DNA of 64,000 nucleotides from Escherichia coli (GTDB lineage Bacteria; Pseudomonadota; Gammaproteobacteria; Enterobacterales; Enterobacteriaceae): NCBI RefSeq assembly GCF_036507355.1, contig NZ_AP027877.1; one strand, 5' to 3'. Shown piece by piece: positions 59,573 to 64,000 of this stretch (position 1 is its first letter; each line of letters starts with the position of its first letter). The notes under the pieces were generated by a model. It saw only the letters and a program-made list of their open reading frames with translations, ran no database searches and was not told where the DNA came from. The position numbers and the translations under genes were made by a program.

Positions 59573-60582
59573 TTATTTGTTGTTGCGCAGATCCAGCGCC
59601 ACGTCGACGATCATATCCTCCTGGCCACCAACCATCCGGCGTTTGCCCAGCTCAACGAGAATATCCACCGCGCTTAAGCCATAACGCGCCGCCGCCGTTT
59701 CACAGTGACGCAGGAAGCTGGAGTAAACACCAGCGTATCCCAGCGCCAGCGTTTCGCGATCGACTCGTACCGGTCGATCCTGCAACGGACGCACCAGGTC
59801 GTCAGCGGCATCCATTAACGCATAGAGATCGGCCCCATGCTGCCAACCCAGTTTATCCACGGCGGCAATAAATACTTCCAGCGGCGCGTTACCTGCGCCC
59901 GCGCCCATTCCCGCGAGGCTGGCGTCGATTCGGTCGCAGCCCTCTTCCACCGCCGCGATAGAGTTCGCCACGCCAAGACTCAGGTTATGGTGAGCGTGCA
60001 TGCCGGTTTGCGTTTCTGGTTTCAGCACTGCTTTCAGGGCGCGGAAACGGTCACGGATATCGCTCATGTTCATCGCACCGCCAGAATCCACCACATAAAT
60101 GCAGGTCGCACCGTAGCCTTCCATCAGCTTTGCCTGCTTGGCGAGATTCTCCGGCGTGGTCATATGGCTCATCATCAGAAAACCAACGGTGTCCATTCCG
60201 AGCTCGCGGGCATACTGAATATGCTGGGCGGAAACATCAGCTTCGGTACAGTGCGTAGCCACACGAACCACCCGCGCGCCAGCCTGCCAGGCATTTTTCA
60301 GATCGTGAATAGTGCCGATTCCTGGCAGCAACAACGTCGCGATTTTGGCGTGCTTCACCACATCCGCCGCTGCTTCAATCCATTCAAGGTCGCTATGTGC
60401 GCCGAAATCATAGTTAAAGCTGGAACCCTGCAAACCGTCGCCGTGGGCCACTTCAATCGAATCCACGCGGGCATCGTCCAGTGCTTTGGCAATCTGGCGA
60501 ACGTTTTCCAGCGAATACTGATGACGAATGGCGTGCATACCGTCACGCAACGTGACGTCCGAAATATAAAGTTTTTTACCGT

Positions 60583-60586
<4 letters not shown>
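59573..60586 (-). CDS. mhpE: 4-hydroxy-2-oxovalerate aldolase
   Basis: 337-aa [28 protein letters not shown]..., recognised. Confidence 0.95.
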
Positions 60587-62348
<1,762 letters not shown>

Positions 62349-63215
62349 TTAAGCACGTGCGAGGAAATTCAGCACCAGTTGATTGAAAGCGTCGGCATGT
62401 TCCCACTGCGCCCAGTGACCACAGTCGCGGAAGATATGCAGTTCAGAACCGGCAATGCCGGACAGCAGACGCAGACCCGCATCCATCGGCACAAAGCGGT
62501 CGTTGCGCCCCCAGACAATCAGGGTTTGCGCTTTGATTTCCGCCAGACGTGGGCCAAAATCCGGGAACTGTTTCGGATTAGCTTCCAGGCTCTTAACGAA
62601 ATTTTCCAGGTGATCGCGGCGCGACAGCATATTATTCAGGCGCGCTTCAAACAGGGCGTCGGTCAAATCGCTGGTATCAAAAACGAAGATATCCATCATC
62701 AGCTTCAGGTTTTCGATAGTCGGCTGACGATAAAGCTGATTCAGTCGCTTAATACCTTCGGTTGGCATCGGCGTAAACAAACTCATGCCGCCCGTACCGC
62801 CGCCCATCAGCACCAGTTTGCCGACGCGCTCCGGCCAGTTAAGGGTGAACGCCACAGAACTATGGCCACCCATCGAGTTGCCCAGCAGGTGGATTTTGGC
62901 GATATCCAGTTGATCCACCACGCTTTTCAGGATTCGTGCATTAAGATCCGATCGCGAACCACTATTAACGATCGAATCGCTCTTGCCCCAACCCGGACAA
63001 TCCAGCAGGATCACCCGATAGCCCGCCTCTACCAGCGGATCGATATTGCGGCTGAAGTTCGCCCAGCCAGTAGCACCCGGGCCGGAACCATGCAGCAGGA
63101 CAACGGTTTCGTCGCCTTGTCCGCAGTCATTAAAATGGATGCGCAGCGTTTTACCCGCTTCTTCTACATTCAGAAAACGGCTGGTGGCGGCTTCGGTTTG
63201 TGGCTGATAACTCAT
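62349..63215 (-). CDS. mhpC: 2-hydroxy-6-oxononadienedioate hydrolase (alpha/beta hydrolase), start taken at [12 protein letters not shown]
   Basis: GNSMGG nucleophile elbow; recognised MhpC. Confidence 0.93.
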
Positions 63216-63232
63216 CATCTTCTCCTGCATAT

Positions 63233-64000
63233 TCAGTTCTCTGTTCTGGCGCTTAACGAGCCAAATCCGGCAATCCACTCCGGGATTGGGCGGTAATAAC
63301 GCCCTTCGCTACGCCAGTTGCCAAATGCAGAAATAGCGGCAAAAGCGGCGACCCAGGTTTTGATTTCATGTGTCGACTTTCCGGCAATGGCGGAAAGCTC
63401 TTCGTTACTGACGGCATCCAGTTCCTGTATGCGTCCCTGCTCCAGCAAAGTCATGAACTGGTTATCCCAAATCGGGTTGAGCGGATGCAGAGTTCTCTGA
63501 TCCTCAACAAACTTCTCAGCGGCGCTAATCACCCGTTGCTGACGCAATTCGCGCTCACTGGCGGGTAAATCTTTCCCGCTCCCCAACAGGCGGTCGCGCA
63601 TATGGGCATCGGCTTTCGCCAGTTCGGGCACCGGCGGCTGATGGGAAAGCCCACCGGAACCCAGGAACAGCACGCGTTTATTGAGAGTGCTGGTGAAACG
63701 TCCAATGGCTTCACCCAACATGCGGGTACGCTGGAAACCGGGCAGCGGCGTGGCGACACCGTTGATGAACACAGGCAGAACTGGCACCTTATCCAGCCCA
63801 CCGAGCAGGAACTCCAGCGGCTGGGCGAACCCGTGGTCCACCTGCATACAGTAAGAAACGGCAAGATCGATCCCGCTCTTCATGACGGCATGCGCACAGG
63901 CCTCCGCCAGCTCCACAGGCACTGGCAGCTCTCCTGCCGCACTGCCGAAATCACCAATTGCCGTCGCTCCAACGCCTAAACAGAACGGTGGCATCACGTC
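63233..64000 (-). CDS. mhpB: 3-(2,3-dihydroxyphenyl)propionate extradiol dioxygenase, C-terminal ~255 codons (5' end beyond window)
   Basis: Minus-strand frame open to the window end; synteny upstream of mhpC. Confidence 0.88.

Overview
This 64-kb window is an Escherichia coli-type chromosomal segment. Gene content and order match the K-12 interval secD-yajC-tgt-queA / acpH / malZ-proY-brnQ-phoRB / sbcDC-araJ / mak / rdgC / ppnP-aroM-yaiA-aroL / proC / dgcC-psiF-phoA / ddlA ... ampH / hemB / tauABCD / frmRAB / mhp, read in the opposite orientation to the standard K-12 map. Gene identities come from recognising the translated ORFs and from synteny; no database search was run. About 60 core CDSs are supported; no rRNA, tRNA or CRISPR array was seen. 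Non-core content: (1) a ~1.6-kb low-GC insertion between the convergent acpH and malZ genes carrying one intact 473-aa orphan ORF with no recognisable catalytic motif, my top candidate for an undescribed accessory gene, possibly a single-gene phage-defence or abortive-infection function; (2) an AT-rich remnant island between rdgC and ppnP encoding a large repeat-rich protein that appears frameshifted and is N-terminally truncated by an IS1 lacking a target-site duplication, plus a translationally coupled 151-aa ORF; (3) a second IS1 with a perfect 9-bp duplication disrupting yaiV; (4) an IS3-family element with flanking deletion replacing most of yaiT; (5) a uhpABC-like sensor module joined to an afuABC-type ABC importer between tauA and frmR. 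Regulatory sites visible by eye include Pho boxes at phoB and phoA, the FrmR operator palindrome, a TyrR-box-like site at aroL, REP/BIME clusters and intrinsic terminators.
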